Of a DNA stretch of 64,000 nt, positions 9,249-20,053 are shown in pieces. Source of the stretch: Vulcanimicrobiota bacterium. GTDB taxonomy: Bacteria > Vulcanimicrobiota > Vulcanimicrobiia > Eremiobacterales > Eremiobacteraceae. A model generated the notes under the pieces. That model was not told the DNA's origin. It saw nothing but the letters and a program-made list of their open reading frames with translations, and ran no database searches. The first letter of the stretch is position 1, and every line of letters begins with the position of its first letter. The translations under genes were made by a program, and so were the position numbers. The stretch spans positions 608,001 to 672,000 of the forward strand of contig CAWDVP010000002.1 in assembly GCA_963805945.1 (NCBI GenBank), read 5' to 3'.

Positions 9249-9503
9249 GTGATGATCGATGCGGCGACGATCCGGGGATTCGTGGAGGCGACGGCGCGGC
9301 GTAATCGTGCCGCGGGGCGCCGGTTAAGCCCTACGGCGCTGGTGGCAGCGCTCGAAGGGTTTGTCAAAGCGCGCGCGATCGCGTACGGTGGGCGAGCGTC
9401 TTTGCCACGTGGCGCACGGACCGCAGCGGTCAAGCAATACCGCGCCTTGATGGGCGGCGCACGTGCGCTGGCTAAAGGGAACGGCGTAACATACGTTTCT
9501 TAG
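9249..9503 (+). CDS. Small basic hypothetical protein
   Basis: Strong GGAGGGG SD at 9241. Arg/Ala-rich 84-aa ORF with no recognisable family. Confidence 0.5.
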   Translation: MMIDAATIRGFVEATARRNRAAGRRLSPTALVAALEGFVKARAIAYGGRASLPRGARTAAVKQYRALMGGARALAKGNGVTYVS

Positions 9504-9623
9504 TCACGCTTGCGTGTGTGGGCACGTTTGCGCTGTGCAGCGTGCTCCCGTTGTCGTCGCGAACAGCCTGAAACCGATCGAGTCCGCGGGGACGCACTCA
9601 CGTAACGCCGCAGCAAGCGCGGT

Positions 9624-10448
9624 TTGAGCAGAAAGACTGCCGCCACTTCCTTTAATCGAGAAGCTAGGACTAGGCGCGACGCGAACGAAGCTCCTCCCAT
9701 TCTAAACAGCACGCCCGCCCTGCAAAACATCGCGACCGATATCTGGCTGGTCGACGGTCCAAGCGTCCGCGCGGCCTTCGTGTCGTTCCCAACCCGGATG
9801 ATCGTCATCAGGCTCAGCGAGGGATCGTTATGGATCAACTCACCAGTTGCTGTGCCACGCGAAACGCTCGACCAGATCGTGGCGCTCGGCCCAGTTCGGT
9901 ATCTCGTGGCGCCCACAGCGCTTCACGCGTGGAGACTGAAGCGATGGCACGCGCTTTTTCCCGAAGCGCAGATTTGGGTCGCCCCGAAGATCGCGCGCGG
10001 GTTTGCACGTAGTACCTTTGCCGCCCTAGCTGGGATCGCCCGATCGCCCGACCCACAACTGACGAGTTGGAACATTTTAGAAGATGCCCCGCCGGCTGCA
10101 TGGGCACAAGACCTCGACCAACTCGTGTTCGGTGGCAACTACTTCGTCGAAGAGGTAGAGTTCTTGCACAGGAAGTCGCGCACGCTCATGGTGGCTGATT
10201 TCATCCAAAACTACAGGGCTGAGAACGGAGACTTCCTCGGCAACATGGCGAGACGTGCGGCAGGCGTGTTGAACGGCGGCGTGCCACGTGACATTCGGTG
10301 GTCATTCACCAACAGGCAGCGTGCGCGAGCAAGCCTCAAGAGGTTGCTGTCATGGGATTTCGATAAATTGATTGTTGCCCATAGCTTCTGCGTAGAGCAC
10401 GATGCCCAGGCATTTGTGGAACGCGCCTTTCGCTGGTTGAGCGGTTGA
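9624..10448 (+). CDS. DUF4336 domain protein (MBL-fold-like)
   Basis: IWLVDG...TRMIVIRLS.GSLWINSPV...LGPVRYLVAP..LH...EVEFLH.KSRTL.VAD...WDFDKLIVAH. Start uncertain. Confidence 0.85.
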   Translation: MSRKTAATSFNREARTRRDANEAPPILNSTPALQNIATDIWLVDGPSVRAAFVSFPTRMIVIRLSEGSLWINSPVAVPRETLDQIVALGPVRYLVAPTALHAWRLKRWHALFPEAQIWVAPKIARGFARSTFAALAGIARSPDPQLTSWNILEDAPPAAWAQDLDQLVFGGNYFVEEVEFLHRKSRTLMVADFIQNYRAENGDFLGNMARRAAGVLNGGVPRDIRWSFTNRQRARASLKRLLSWDFDKLIVAHSFCVEHDAQAFVERAFRWLSG

Positions 10449-10530
10449 CGAACGCGCTGCGGGAAGCGGCGATAAGCTTTGCGCCAGCGCAGAAGTCTGG
10501 ATGGTGAAAAGTTAACGGAGGAGAGCCGCG

Positions 10531-10788
10531 ATGAAACTTGACATCAGAAGGTTTTCTCGTGCTGCTGCGATCCTGTGGGGCGCAGGCGTCTTTAGCCTCG
10601 GGATACTCGGCCACTATGGTTGGGGCGCGAAGATCGTGGACGTATTGGGCAGCGGATATATCGGCTACTCAACGTCCCTTACGGGAGCGCTCATCGGAGG
10701 CGTTTGGGGCTTTTTCGACGGGTTGGTCGGCGGCGCGCTCTTCGCTTGGCTCTACAATCGGTTGCCTGGAGAGCAAGCCTCCTCGTAG
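10531..10788 (+). CDS. Small membrane protein (family often annotated bacteriophage holin-like)
   Basis: GGAGGAG RBS. YIGYS.S..GALIG..WGFFDG..GGA.FAWLYN signature. Confidence 0.75.
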   Translation: MKLDIRRFSRAAAILWGAGVFSLGILGHYGWGAKIVDVLGSGYIGYSTSLTGALIGGVWGFFDGLVGGALFAWLYNRLPGEQASS

Positions 10789-10893
10789 TCCTTAGCGACG
10801 ACGCATTGCGTGAGCGAAGGACAGTTGCAATGCCGATCCAATGAGATAAAGGGCAGTGGCGAGGAACCTCAGTGCGTGCGCCTCACTGACCGC

Positions 10894-12072
10894 TTACTCT
10901 GCCTGTGGCAAGAAGCTCTTGACTGCGAATTGCTGGCGAAGCAGCGGAGTGAACGGCTTGCTGAACAAGACTCTCAGGACGATCGCCTGAAGTGCGACCG
11001 CTAGCCGGCTGCCAGGTACGACGGACTTAACGAATCCCTTGGCGCTCTTTTGTTGCGCCTCGACATGTGGACGCATCAAAGCCTCGTAGCGCTCGAACGC
11101 TTTTTGATAGTCTGGCGTGTCGCGCAGCGCGCTCGCCAAAAGGTAGGCGCCGCCCATCGCAAGCGACGCGCCTTGACCGGATACCAGGGTCGGGCAGTCG
11201 CATGCATCCCCCACGAACACGATACGGTCCTTATGCCAGCACGGCATTCGGATCTGAGCTATCGCGTCCATGAAGATGTCAGCCGAAGGATCGGCACCTG
11301 CTAGCATGTCCTTCGCGATCCACTCGGCATCGCTGAAGACGCGCCGCAGCGTCTCAAGTCTTCGCTCGCGCGGCACATACGTGGTCTCGTCGGTTCGCCA
11401 CAGGAAGAACGCGAATATCGACCCCGGCTCATCGGCCGCATACGCGCCCACGACGCGGCCTGGCTCGTTATGCATGGTCCAGGTGCGTCCGATGCCGAAG
11501 CGATCGGGGAGTCGATAGCTGGCGATAGCGTACCCCAAGTGCCGTTGAAAGGCAGACTCCCGTCCCATCACAAGAGCTCGCGTCGCGGAATGGACGCCGT
11601 CCGCGCCCACGAGCAAATCGTACTTCTCGGACGCGCCGTTGTCGAAAGTCGCGATGACGCCATCGCGGTCATCCTTGATGTCGCGTATCACTCGCCCGAA
11701 GCGGATCGAGACGCGATCCTTGACGCAGTCGTACAGCGCGCGCTCCAAAGTCTGATGCATGAGCGGCACGTACTTGCCGTCAAGCAACGTCCGGATGCGC
11801 TCCACGTCGAGCGCGGCGAGCTCCCTGCCTCGCGGGTCGACGTAGACGATGCGATCAACAGGCACGCGGCGAGAAGTCAGCTCTTGGTCGATACCCATGC
11901 GCGCAGCGACATCGAAACCAGTGCCGAAGAAGTCAATCGCGTAGCCGTCGCGCCGCAGCTTCGGAGCTCGTTCCACCACGACAGGCGAATCGCCGTGCTC
12001 CGCCAGCCAAAACGCCAACGTCAGTCCCGCAATACCACCGCCGGAGATAAGCGCCCGTCGGCCCTTCACCAT
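10894..12072 (-). CDS. FAD-dependent monooxygenase
   Basis: LISGGGIAG, LLVGADGVHS and VFVGDA...SGQGASLA motifs. Confidence 0.92.
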   Translation of the reverse strand: MVKGRRALISGGGIAGLTLAFWLAEHGDSPVVVERAPKLRRDGYAIDFFGTGFDVAARMGIDQELTSRRVPVDRIVYVDPRGRELAALDVERIRTLLDGKYVPLMHQTLERALYDCVKDRVSIRFGRVIRDIKDDRDGVIATFDNGASEKYDLLVGADGVHSATRALVMGRESAFQRHLGYAIASYRLPDRFGIGRTWTMHNEPGRVVGAYAADEPGSIFAFFLWRTDETTYVPRERRLETLRRVFSDAEWIAKDMLAGADPSADIFMDAIAQIRMPCWHKDRIVFVGDACDCPTLVSGQGASLAMGGAYLLASALRDTPDYQKAFERYEALMRPHVEAQQKSAKGFVKSVVPGSRLAVALQAIVLRVLFSKPFTPLLRQQFAVKSFLPQAE

Positions 12073-12263
12073 ATCGACGACTCCCGAACGCAAGGCTTGG
12101 AGATCCTAGGTCTTCGCTCTTCTATCGGCTCTTGAACGCAGTGCTCAGTAATTCTTGGTCGGAGCACGCATTGCCCGTACGATAAGCTGACGGGGGTGCA
12201 GGCAGTGAGCTTTGCACGGGTTATCCGCTGCCCTCACGTAACGCACGTGGGCGTGTATATGCT

Positions 12264-12461
12264 ATGCGCACCGACGGCCACGCGGGCCTTATCGCCGCGG
12301 CGGGCGGTAACGCCGACGATGCGGCGCGAAACGACTACCTATACTTAAGCGCGATCCTGTCGCGCGTACTCGAGAGCACCGACGACGAGCTGGTGCTGGT
12401 GGAGAGCATGGAGTGCGACTTCGTCGACGTGCTGGAGCTTGACCGACAGGACGCAGCTTGA
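12264..12461 (+). CDS. Small acidic hypothetical protein
   Basis: 65-aa ORF with plausible codon usage and no recognisable motif. Confidence 0.3.
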   Translation: MRTDGHAGLIAAAGGNADDAARNDYLYLSAILSRVLESTDDELVLVESMECDFVDVLELDRQDAA

Positions 12462-12730
12462 GGAGAGTGAGCTAGGCAGCCGGGGTGGGTGCGCGGCGCG
12501 TTTACGGCGGGCCGCCTAAGATGATTCCTTTAGCCTCGCTCGCACGCTTTGGCGTGTACGTGCTATGCGGCGTGATCGCGGTCGTGTTGGTAACGGCGCT
12601 TGGAAGCACGCCATGGATGTCCTGTCCACTTCGACAAAGGTCGGCGTACCGCGAACCAAGGGCCGAACAATAGTTCGGCCCAAAAACCAGTGACGCATGT
12701 ATTCCCCGGCGCCGAGGCGAAAAAAGACCC

Positions 12731-13864
12731 GTGACCACATCCCAAGGCGAAGCGCGGACGGCATTGTTCGCGACGCATGAACGGCTTGGCGCCAAGATGT
12801 CCCCCTTTGGGGGATTTCTTATGCCCATCGCAATACGCCGAGCATCCTCGACGAGCACCAAGCCGTCAGGACCGCCGCCGGCATCTTCGACCTTTCGCAC
12901 ATGGGGCAGTTCGTCGCGACCGGCGAGGGCGTGCCGCCTGGCTTGACGGCCTCACGGTCAACGAGGTCGGCACGATGCTGCCGAACCAGGCGCGCTACAA
13001 CATCTTCACCAACGAGCGCGGCGGCGCGATGGACGACGCGATCATCTACCGCTTGAGCGGGCGCTGGCTCATCGTCGTCAACGCCGGCAACAGCGCGAAG
13101 ATGTGGGAGTGGCTGTCGGCGCGCGTGCCGGCCGGCGTGTCGCTCGTCAACCGCACGGCGCAAAGCGCGCTCATCGCGATCCAAGGGCCGCGCTCGCTCG
13201 AACTGCTGCAGCCGCTCACCGACGCGGACCTCACGAACCTGAAGTACTATCACGCCGTCGGAAGGTTCGGTCAGCGGCATGCCCGCCGAGATCGCGCGCA
13301 CCGGCTATACCGGCGAAGACGGCTTCGAGCTGTTCGTCAAAGCGACCGCGGCCGAGTGGCTGTGGAACACGCTGCTGCGCGAAGGCGAGCACGCGTCGGC
13401 CTGCAGCCGGCCGGCCTCGGCGCGCGCGACGTGCTGCGGCTGGAGGCCGGCATGCCGCTGTACGGCCACGAGCTCGAAGAAGATATCACGCCGCTGCAGG
13501 CCGGGCTCGACTATGTCGGTCAAGCTCGGCAAGCCAGACTTCATCGGCAAGGCCGGCGCTCGAGGCAGCAAAAGGCGCGACGGCAAGTACGATCGCATCG
13601 TCGGACTGATCATGGAAGGCAAGGCCCCGGCGCGCGCCGGCTATCCGGTGTTCCTCGTCGACGAGCGCGTCGGCGAAGTGCGCAGCGGCTCGCCCGCGCC
13701 GGCGCTCGGCAACAAGAACATCGCGACTGCGCTCGTACGCCCAAGGCGCCGCCATCGCCGGGCGCGCAGCTCGAGGTCGAGATCCGCGGCAGCGGCATCC
13801 GGCGACGGTCGTCGCGCTGCCGTTCTACAAGCGCCGCAAACGCGCGTTACCGAAAAAAGGATAG
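12731..13864 (+). CDS. gcvT: Glycine cleavage aminomethyltransferase T (multiple indels)
   Basis: Fragments across frames: [73 protein letters not shown]. Confidence 0.9.
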
Positions 13865-13870
13865 ATCGAC

Positions 13871-14266
13871 GTGGCCTTGCCGCAACGATCTCAAGTACAC
13901 CAAAGAGCACGAGTGGGTGAAGATCGACGGCGCGAACGCCGACCGTCGGCATCACCGACTACGCGCAATCGTCGCTCGGCGACATCGTCTACGTCGAGAT
14001 GCCCAAGCCGGGCGCGCAGGTGGAGCAGTTCAAGCCGATCGGCGTCGTCGAGTCGGTCAAGGCCGTCTCCGACATCTACGCGCCGTTGTCCGGCACGGTC
14101 GTCGAGATCAACGGCGAGCGTGGAAGAAGATCCGGCCAAGGTGAACAACGATCCGTTCGGCGAGGGCTGGCTCGTGAAGATCAAGCCTCGCCGACGCGGC
14201 CGACAAGACCGGCCAGCTCTGGATGCCGCCGCGTACGAGGCCGTGGTGGACGAGGCCGCGCACTGA
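13871..14266 (+). CDS. gcvH: Glycine cleavage H protein (multiple indels)
   Basis: [41 protein letters not shown] (lipoyl Lys), [14 protein letters not shown]. Confidence 0.92.
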   Translation: MALPQRSQVHQRARVGEDRRRERRPSASPTTRNRRSATSSTSRCPSRARRWSSSSRSASSSRSRPSPTSTRRCPARSSRSTASVEEDPAKVNNDPFGEGWLVKIKPRRRGRQDRPALDAAAYEAVVDEAAH

Positions 14267-14270
14267 TCGC

Positions 14271-15634
14271 ATGTACACGCCCCACACACCCGACGAGATT
14301 CAGGCGATGCTCGCCGCAGATCGGCGCGCCGTCCCTCGAGGCGCTGTCTCGGACCCGCCCAAGGGTCTGAGATCAAGGGCGCGCTCGACGTCGCGCCCGC
14401 GCTGCCCGAATCCGAGGCGTACGCGCACATCAGCGCGATGGCCGACAAAACGATGCCGCGTCGATGCTGTCGTTCTTGGGCGCCGGTGCCTATCGCCACT
14501 ACCAGCCGCCAGCCGTGCCGTGCTTCGCGTTCGCGCTCGGAGTTCCTCACCGCGTATACGCCGTATCAAGCAGAGGCGAGCCAGGGCAGCCTGCAAGCGA
14601 TCTTCGAGTGGCAGACCTACATCTGTCTGCTCACCGGCATGGACGTGAGCAACGCGTCGCTGTACGACGGCGCGACCGCGCTCGTCGAAGGCGTCATCAT
14701 GGCGGCGCAGGCGACCGGCCGGACGCGGGTCGGCGATCAGCCTAGCCGTGCACCCGCTCTATCGCGCCGGTGCTCGCCACGTACGCGCGGGCATGGGCAT
14801 CGAGATCGTCGGAGCTGCCGGTCGCGCCGACGGCGGCACCGACCTCGCCCGCGCAGCGCGAGAGCGTCAAGAAGGCGTCGTGCGTGATCGTGCAGAGCCC
14901 CAACTTCTTCGGCGCATCGACGACGTCGGCGCGGCCTGCAGAGCTCGCGCACGCGAACGGCGCGCTGCGCATCACGTCTCGACCGAAGCGCTCTCGCTGG
15001 CCGTGCTGAAGACGCCGCGCGAGCTGGGGCCGACATCGCCGTGGGCGAAGCGCAGTCGTTCGGCCTGCCGGTCGGCTACGGCGGTCCATACGTGGGCTTC
15101 ATCGCGACCACGAAGGAGCACGTGCGGCGCTTGCCCGGCCGGCTCGTCGGCGAGACGCCGACGTCGACGGGCGGCGAGCGTTCGTGCTCACCCTGCAGGG
15201 CCGCGAGCAGCACATCCGCCGCGAGCTGGCGAGCTCGAACATCTGCACGAACCAAGCGCTGTGCGCGCTCATCGCGACCGTCTACCTCGCGACGGTCGGC
15301 GCCAACGGGCTGCGCTCCATCGCGACCGCCAATCTGAGCACGGGCACGCGAGCTGTGCCGATGCGCTCACCTCGCTGACCGGGTTCTCGCGGGCCGTATG
15401 CGACGGCGTTCTTCAACGAGTTCGCCTGCGCACGCCGCATGCCGGCCGACGGAGCTGGCGCAAGCGGCTGAAGCGTCGCGGCATCCTCGCCGGTCTGCCG
15501 CTGTCGCGCTTCTATCCGCGACACTGACCCACCAACTGCTGGTCTGCGCGACCGAGCTCACGACGCCGGACGAGATCCGCACGTTGACGCGCGCGCTCGC
15601 AGAGGAGACCGCCCGTGCCGTCGCTGCTGTTTGA
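14271..15634 (+). CDS. gcvPA: Glycine dehydrogenase subunit 1 (multiple indels)
   Basis: [66 protein letters not shown]. Confidence 0.92.
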
Positions 15635-17087
15635 GCGCGGCGCCCCGGCCGCGGCGACGACGTTCGTGCGCCGACGCGGCGCCGCCGGCCGCTAGTTCCT
15701 CGACGCGTCGCTGCTGCGCAGCGAGCTGCCGATGCCCGATCTCGCCGAGCTCGAGGTCGCCCGCCACTTCACAGAGCTCTCCGGCCGCAATTTCTCGGTC
15801 GACCGCAACTTCTATCCGCTGGGCTCGTGCACGATGAAGTACAATCCCAAGCTCAACGAGGCGGTCGTCGGCGTTCGCGGGCTTCACCGACCTGCATCCG
15901 TTCGCGCCCGACGCCGGCGCGCAAGGCGCGCTGCACCTGCTCTGGGACATGGAGCGCACGCTCGCGGCGCTGTTCGGCATGACGGAGTTCTCGCTCATGC
16001 CCGCGGCAGGCGCGCACGGCGAGATCACGGCCATGCTCATGGCGAAGAAGTATTTCACCGAGATCGCGGCAAGCGCGAGCGCAACGTCTGCCTCGTGCCC
16101 GACACCGCGCACGGCACGAATCCGGCGAGCGCGGCGATGGTCGGCTACCGCGTCATGTCGATCCCATCGACGAGCCGCGGCCGCACCGACTCGCCGCGCT
16201 GCGCGCCAAGCTCGACGGCTCGATCGCCGTGTGCATGATGACCAACCCCAACACGCTCGGGCTGTTCGAAGACGACATCATCGAGATCGACGCAGGCGGT
16301 GCACGCCGCCGGCGGGCTCATGTACTACGATGGTGCGAATGCCAACGCCATCGTCGGCCTGTGCCGGCCGGGCGACATGGGCTTCGACCTCATGCACCTC
16401 AACCTGCACAAGACGTTCTCCGTGCCGCACGGTGGCGGCGGTCCGGGCTCGGGTCCGGTCGGCGCGCAACGCGAAGCTCGCCAAGTATCTGCCGCGACCG
16501 CTTGTCGTCCGTGACGCCGACGGGAGCTTCGCGCTCGATTGGAACGGCGATATGCCGCGAGCATCGGCCCCGTGCGCGTGTTTCTGGTCGCACTTCCTCG
16601 CCGTGGTCCGCGCCTATGCCTACATCATCGTGCACGGCGAAGAAGGGTCTGCGCCGCAACAGCCAGCTCGCCGTGCTCAACGCGAACTACGTGCGCGCGA
16701 AAGTCAAGGATGTCCTCACCGTGCCGTACGACGACTTCTGCCGTCACGAGTTCGTGTGCTCGGCCGAGGACGCTCAAGAAAGAGACCGGCGTGCGGGCGC
16801 TCGATCTGGCCAAGGGCTTGCTCGACGCCGGCGTGCACGCGCCGACCATGTACTGGCCCCACGTCGTGCCCGAGTGCCTCATGATCGAGCCCACCGAGAC
16901 GGAGACGAAGGAGACGCTCGACGCGTTCGTGGCGACGCTGCGCACGAACTCGTCGCGCTCAGCGCACGCCGATCCGGCGTCAAGGTGCAGCAGATGCCGC
17001 TGCACACGCCGGTGCGCCGCGTCGACGAAGCGCAGGTGGGCCGTCAAGCGAACAAAGGCATCGGCCTGCGCTGGAAGCCGCATAGTG
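15615..17087 (+). CDS. gcvPB: Glycine dehydrogenase subunit 2 (multiple indels; end approximate)
   Basis: [69 protein letters not shown] 15615 after GAGGAG. Confidence 0.92.
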
Positions 17088-17551
17088 AAGGATGCGCGCC
17101 GCCGGCGAGCAGGTCAAGCACGAGCGATCCGCCGGCGGTTTCGTGCTAGCGCGCGGGCGACTGCGTACTCGGCGCTCGTGATCGGACGCAGCACGCCGCG
17201 CATCTGGTCGCTGCCCAAAGGGCACATCGAACCCAATGAGACGATCGAGGACGACCGCGCGTGCGCGAAGTGCTACGAAGAGACGGGCGCGCACGCAACG
17301 ATCATCGAGAAGCTCGCCGACATCAGTACTGGTTCTACAGCAGCCGGCTCAAGCACAGCAAGATCGTCCACTTCTACCTCATGCGCTACCTCAAGGGCGC
17401 GCTGGTGCCGCAAGAGGGCGAGGTCGAAGAGGTCGCATGGGTGCCGCTGGCCGAGATGGCCAAGCGCTGACGCATCTGAACGAGCGGCGGCTGGTCATGC
17501 TGATCGAGAAGATCGTGCAAGAGAAGTCCGCGGCCGACCTCGGGCTTTTGA
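17085..17551 (+). CDS. NUDIX hydrolase (multiple indels; ends approximate)
   Basis: [21 protein letters not shown]....REV.EETG Nudix box, KIVHFYLM. Confidence 0.8.
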
Positions 17552-18578
17552 GAGATTCGCCGCATCGCCGGAGCGCTCGCCGCGCTCGCGCTCGCCTCGC
17601 GGCTGCGCGGGGCACGAGCAAAGCCCGGCGCCGACGCCCGCACCGACGCCCTCGCCCACGCCTGCGGTCGCCAATCCGCTCAACGGCGCGATGACGCCGC
17701 CGCGCAGCATCCGTCATCGCATCGCCGCGATCATGATCGACAACTATCCCGACGCGCGGCCGCAGAGCGGCTTGCACGACGCCGACGTCGTCTACGAAGT
17801 CGAAGCCGAGGGCGGCATCACGCGATACATGGCGCTGTTCCTGAGCACGCCGGCCGCGGAGGTCGGCCCGGTGCGCAGCGCGCGCACGTATTTCGTCGAT
17901 CTCGCGCGTCCCTACGATCCGTTCTTCGCCCATGCCGGCCAGAACGACGACGTCATCGACGTGCTGCGCGACCTGCGCTCGGGCGGTTTCCCGGATATGG
18001 ACGAGATCCAGCAGACGCCCGACGCGTTTTGGCGCGACAACTCGCGCGACATGCCGCACAACCTCTACACCAGCGTGCCGCGCATCCGCAGCGTAGGCCC
18101 CAAGAGCGGCTATCCGGACCACGTCTACGACGGCAAGCAGTTCGCGTTCAACGCACCCGGCCCCGCGCCGTCGCCCACGGCGGTGCCCGAGACGGTCGCC
18201 TCCTTCTGGCTGGACTATGACGTCCATTTCGTCTGGGATGGCCGCGCCTACGAACGCTTCATCGACGGGCAGGCGCAGCACGATCGCGACGACGACCGGC
18301 CGTACGAGGTCGCGGACATCATCGTCACGTGGATACCGGCGACCGTCAAGGACAAACTAGGCGATCTCGACATGACCGTCTACGGCACGTTTCCCGCGCT
18401 GCTCATCGTCGACGGTCGCGTCACGAAGGCGCAATGGATCGCCGCGGGGCCGACGACGTTGCCGACCATCGTCGGCGACGACGGTTCGACGCTCACCTTG
18501 CGCCCGGGGCAGATCTACGTCGAGGTCCTGCCGCAGGGCAGCACCGTGAAAACCGGGAAACTAGTCGTCTCGCATTAG
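17548..18578 (+). CDS. DUF3048 domain lipoprotein (indels in N-terminus)
   Basis: [33 protein letters not shown]...[13 protein letters not shown]. Lipobox-like GC near the start. Confidence 0.85.
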
Positions 18579-18663
18579 ATCCGCCGAGAGGAGACCGATC
18601 CCAATAGCCGCTGGCGCCCCGACCGCAGCCGCACCGGCCGCCGCGATCGCCGACCGCAAGAGA

Positions 18664-19396
18664 TTGCTGGTCAAACTCGACGTCTTCGACGGTCCCCTCG
18701 ACCTGCTGCTCCACCTGGTCCTCGAAGCCGACCTCGACATCACGAGCGTCAGCCTTGCCGACGTCTGCGAACAGTACATGGCCTACCTGTCGCTCATGGA
18801 AGGCCTCGATATCGACGTCGCGAGCGAGTATCTCGTCATGGCCGCGACGCTGCTCTTCATCAAGTCGAAGAAGCTGCTGCCGCCGCCCCCGCCGCCGTTC
18901 TCCGACGACATGGAAGACGAAGCGGCGATCGCCGAAGAGACGTTGCGGCAGCGGCTCATCGCGTATCAACATTTCAAACGCCTGGGCGCCGCGTTCCGCG
19001 AGCGCATGGAAGAGAACGCCGCATACTATCCGAGCGGCGCGTTCGCGGAGAGCGGGCTGGTCCAGCATTTCCAGATCGAGGGCGGGTCGCTCGCCATCGC
19101 GTTCGCGCGCGCGCTCGCCAACGCTGAGGCGCGTCCGCAGGTGGTGAAGCGCGAGACGTTCTCGATGGTCGTCAAGATGAACTACGTGCTGCACCAAGTA
19201 GCGCGAATGCGCGACGCTCGCGTTCTCCGAGCTCATCGCGGGCTGCCGCAGGCTCGAGGTCGTCGTCACCTTTCTCGCGCTGCTCGAGCTGGTGAAGGCG
19301 CGCAAGGTGCACGCCGTGCAGCCCAAGCTCTTCGCCGACATCGTCATCACGCCGGCGCCCAAACAGGTCACGGAGCGGCTTGGCAAGTCTGCGTAA
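18664..19396 (+). CDS. scpA: Segregation and condensation protein A (frameshift near 19220-19250)
   Basis: FDGPLDLLLHLV, ASEYLVMAATLLFIKSKKLLP; VVTFLALLELVK in the shifted frame. Confidence 0.9.
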
Positions 19397-20053
19397 CCGC
19401 GTCGAGGCGGTGCTCTTCGTCGCCGACAAGCCGGCGTCCGAAAAGGAGATCTGCGCCGCCACAGGCGCCGCGCCCGCCGAAGTGCGCGCCGCGCTGCGTG
19501 AGATCGGCGCCGGGCTCGACGGTCATGGTCTCGCGCTGCGCGAGGTCGCGCGGCGGCTGGCGGCTCGTCACGCATCCCGACTGCCGCGACGACGTCGAAC
19601 GCTTCCTCTTGCCGCCGAAGACGCACATGTCGCAGGCGTCGCTCGAAACGCTTTCCATCGTCGCCTACCTGCAGCCGGTGACGCGCGCCGAAGTCGAAAG
19701 CCTGCGCGGCGTCAACGTCGACGGCGTCATGCAGACGCTCGAGGATCGCCGGCTCATCAAAGAACTGGGGCGCAAAGAGACGGTCGGCAGGCCGATCGAA
19801 TACGGCACGACCGACGGTTTCTTGGAAGCGTTCGGACTGCGTTCGCTCGACGATCTGCCGCCGCTGCCGGAAGGCGCACCGCGCCGGATCGGCGGCCAGG
19901 TGATCCCGATGCCGCTGTCCGCGCGGCGCCAAGAAGAGATCGGGCAGATCCACGAGTCGGTGGAAGGCCACGAAGGCGACCAGGTGCCGCATTCGCGAGT
20001 CGAAGCTCGAGCACAGCGTCGCAGAAGAACTCGCGCACGCCCTCGACGAGTGA
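19380..20053 (+). CDS. scpB: Segregation and condensation protein B (frameshifts)
   Basis: VEAVLFVADKP, SQASLETLSIVAYLQPVTRAEVESLRGV, GRPIEYGTT.GFL..FGL.SL.DLPPL. Confidence 0.9.

Noticed and set aside
9108..9330. Complete or two-piece permuted tmRNA gene
   Set aside because: GGGGATG at 9109 cannot pair with the AGGTCC-ACCA end, no tag-coding domain fits in the element, and no matching 5' acceptor strand follows the CCA.
10531..10788. Prophage inferred from the holin-like gene
   Set aside because: No endolysin, integrase or structural genes nearby. This family is often found outside prophages.
12246..12273. dif-like site (GGTGCGCATAG on the minus strand resembles a XerC arm)
   Set aside because: The XerD arm has no resemblance to TTATGTTAAAT. 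One arm alone is insufficient.
12460..12730. Glycine riboswitch upstream of gcvT, and the 62-aa ORF 12485..12673
   Set aside because: No recognisable tandem aptamer core (GGAGA...CCGAAG...CTCTCAGG). The small ORF has no supporting motif.
16539..18578. 679-aa GcvP-NUDIX-DUF3048 fusion
   Set aside because: Same frameshift artefact: short real fragments separated by off-frame Arg-rich text.
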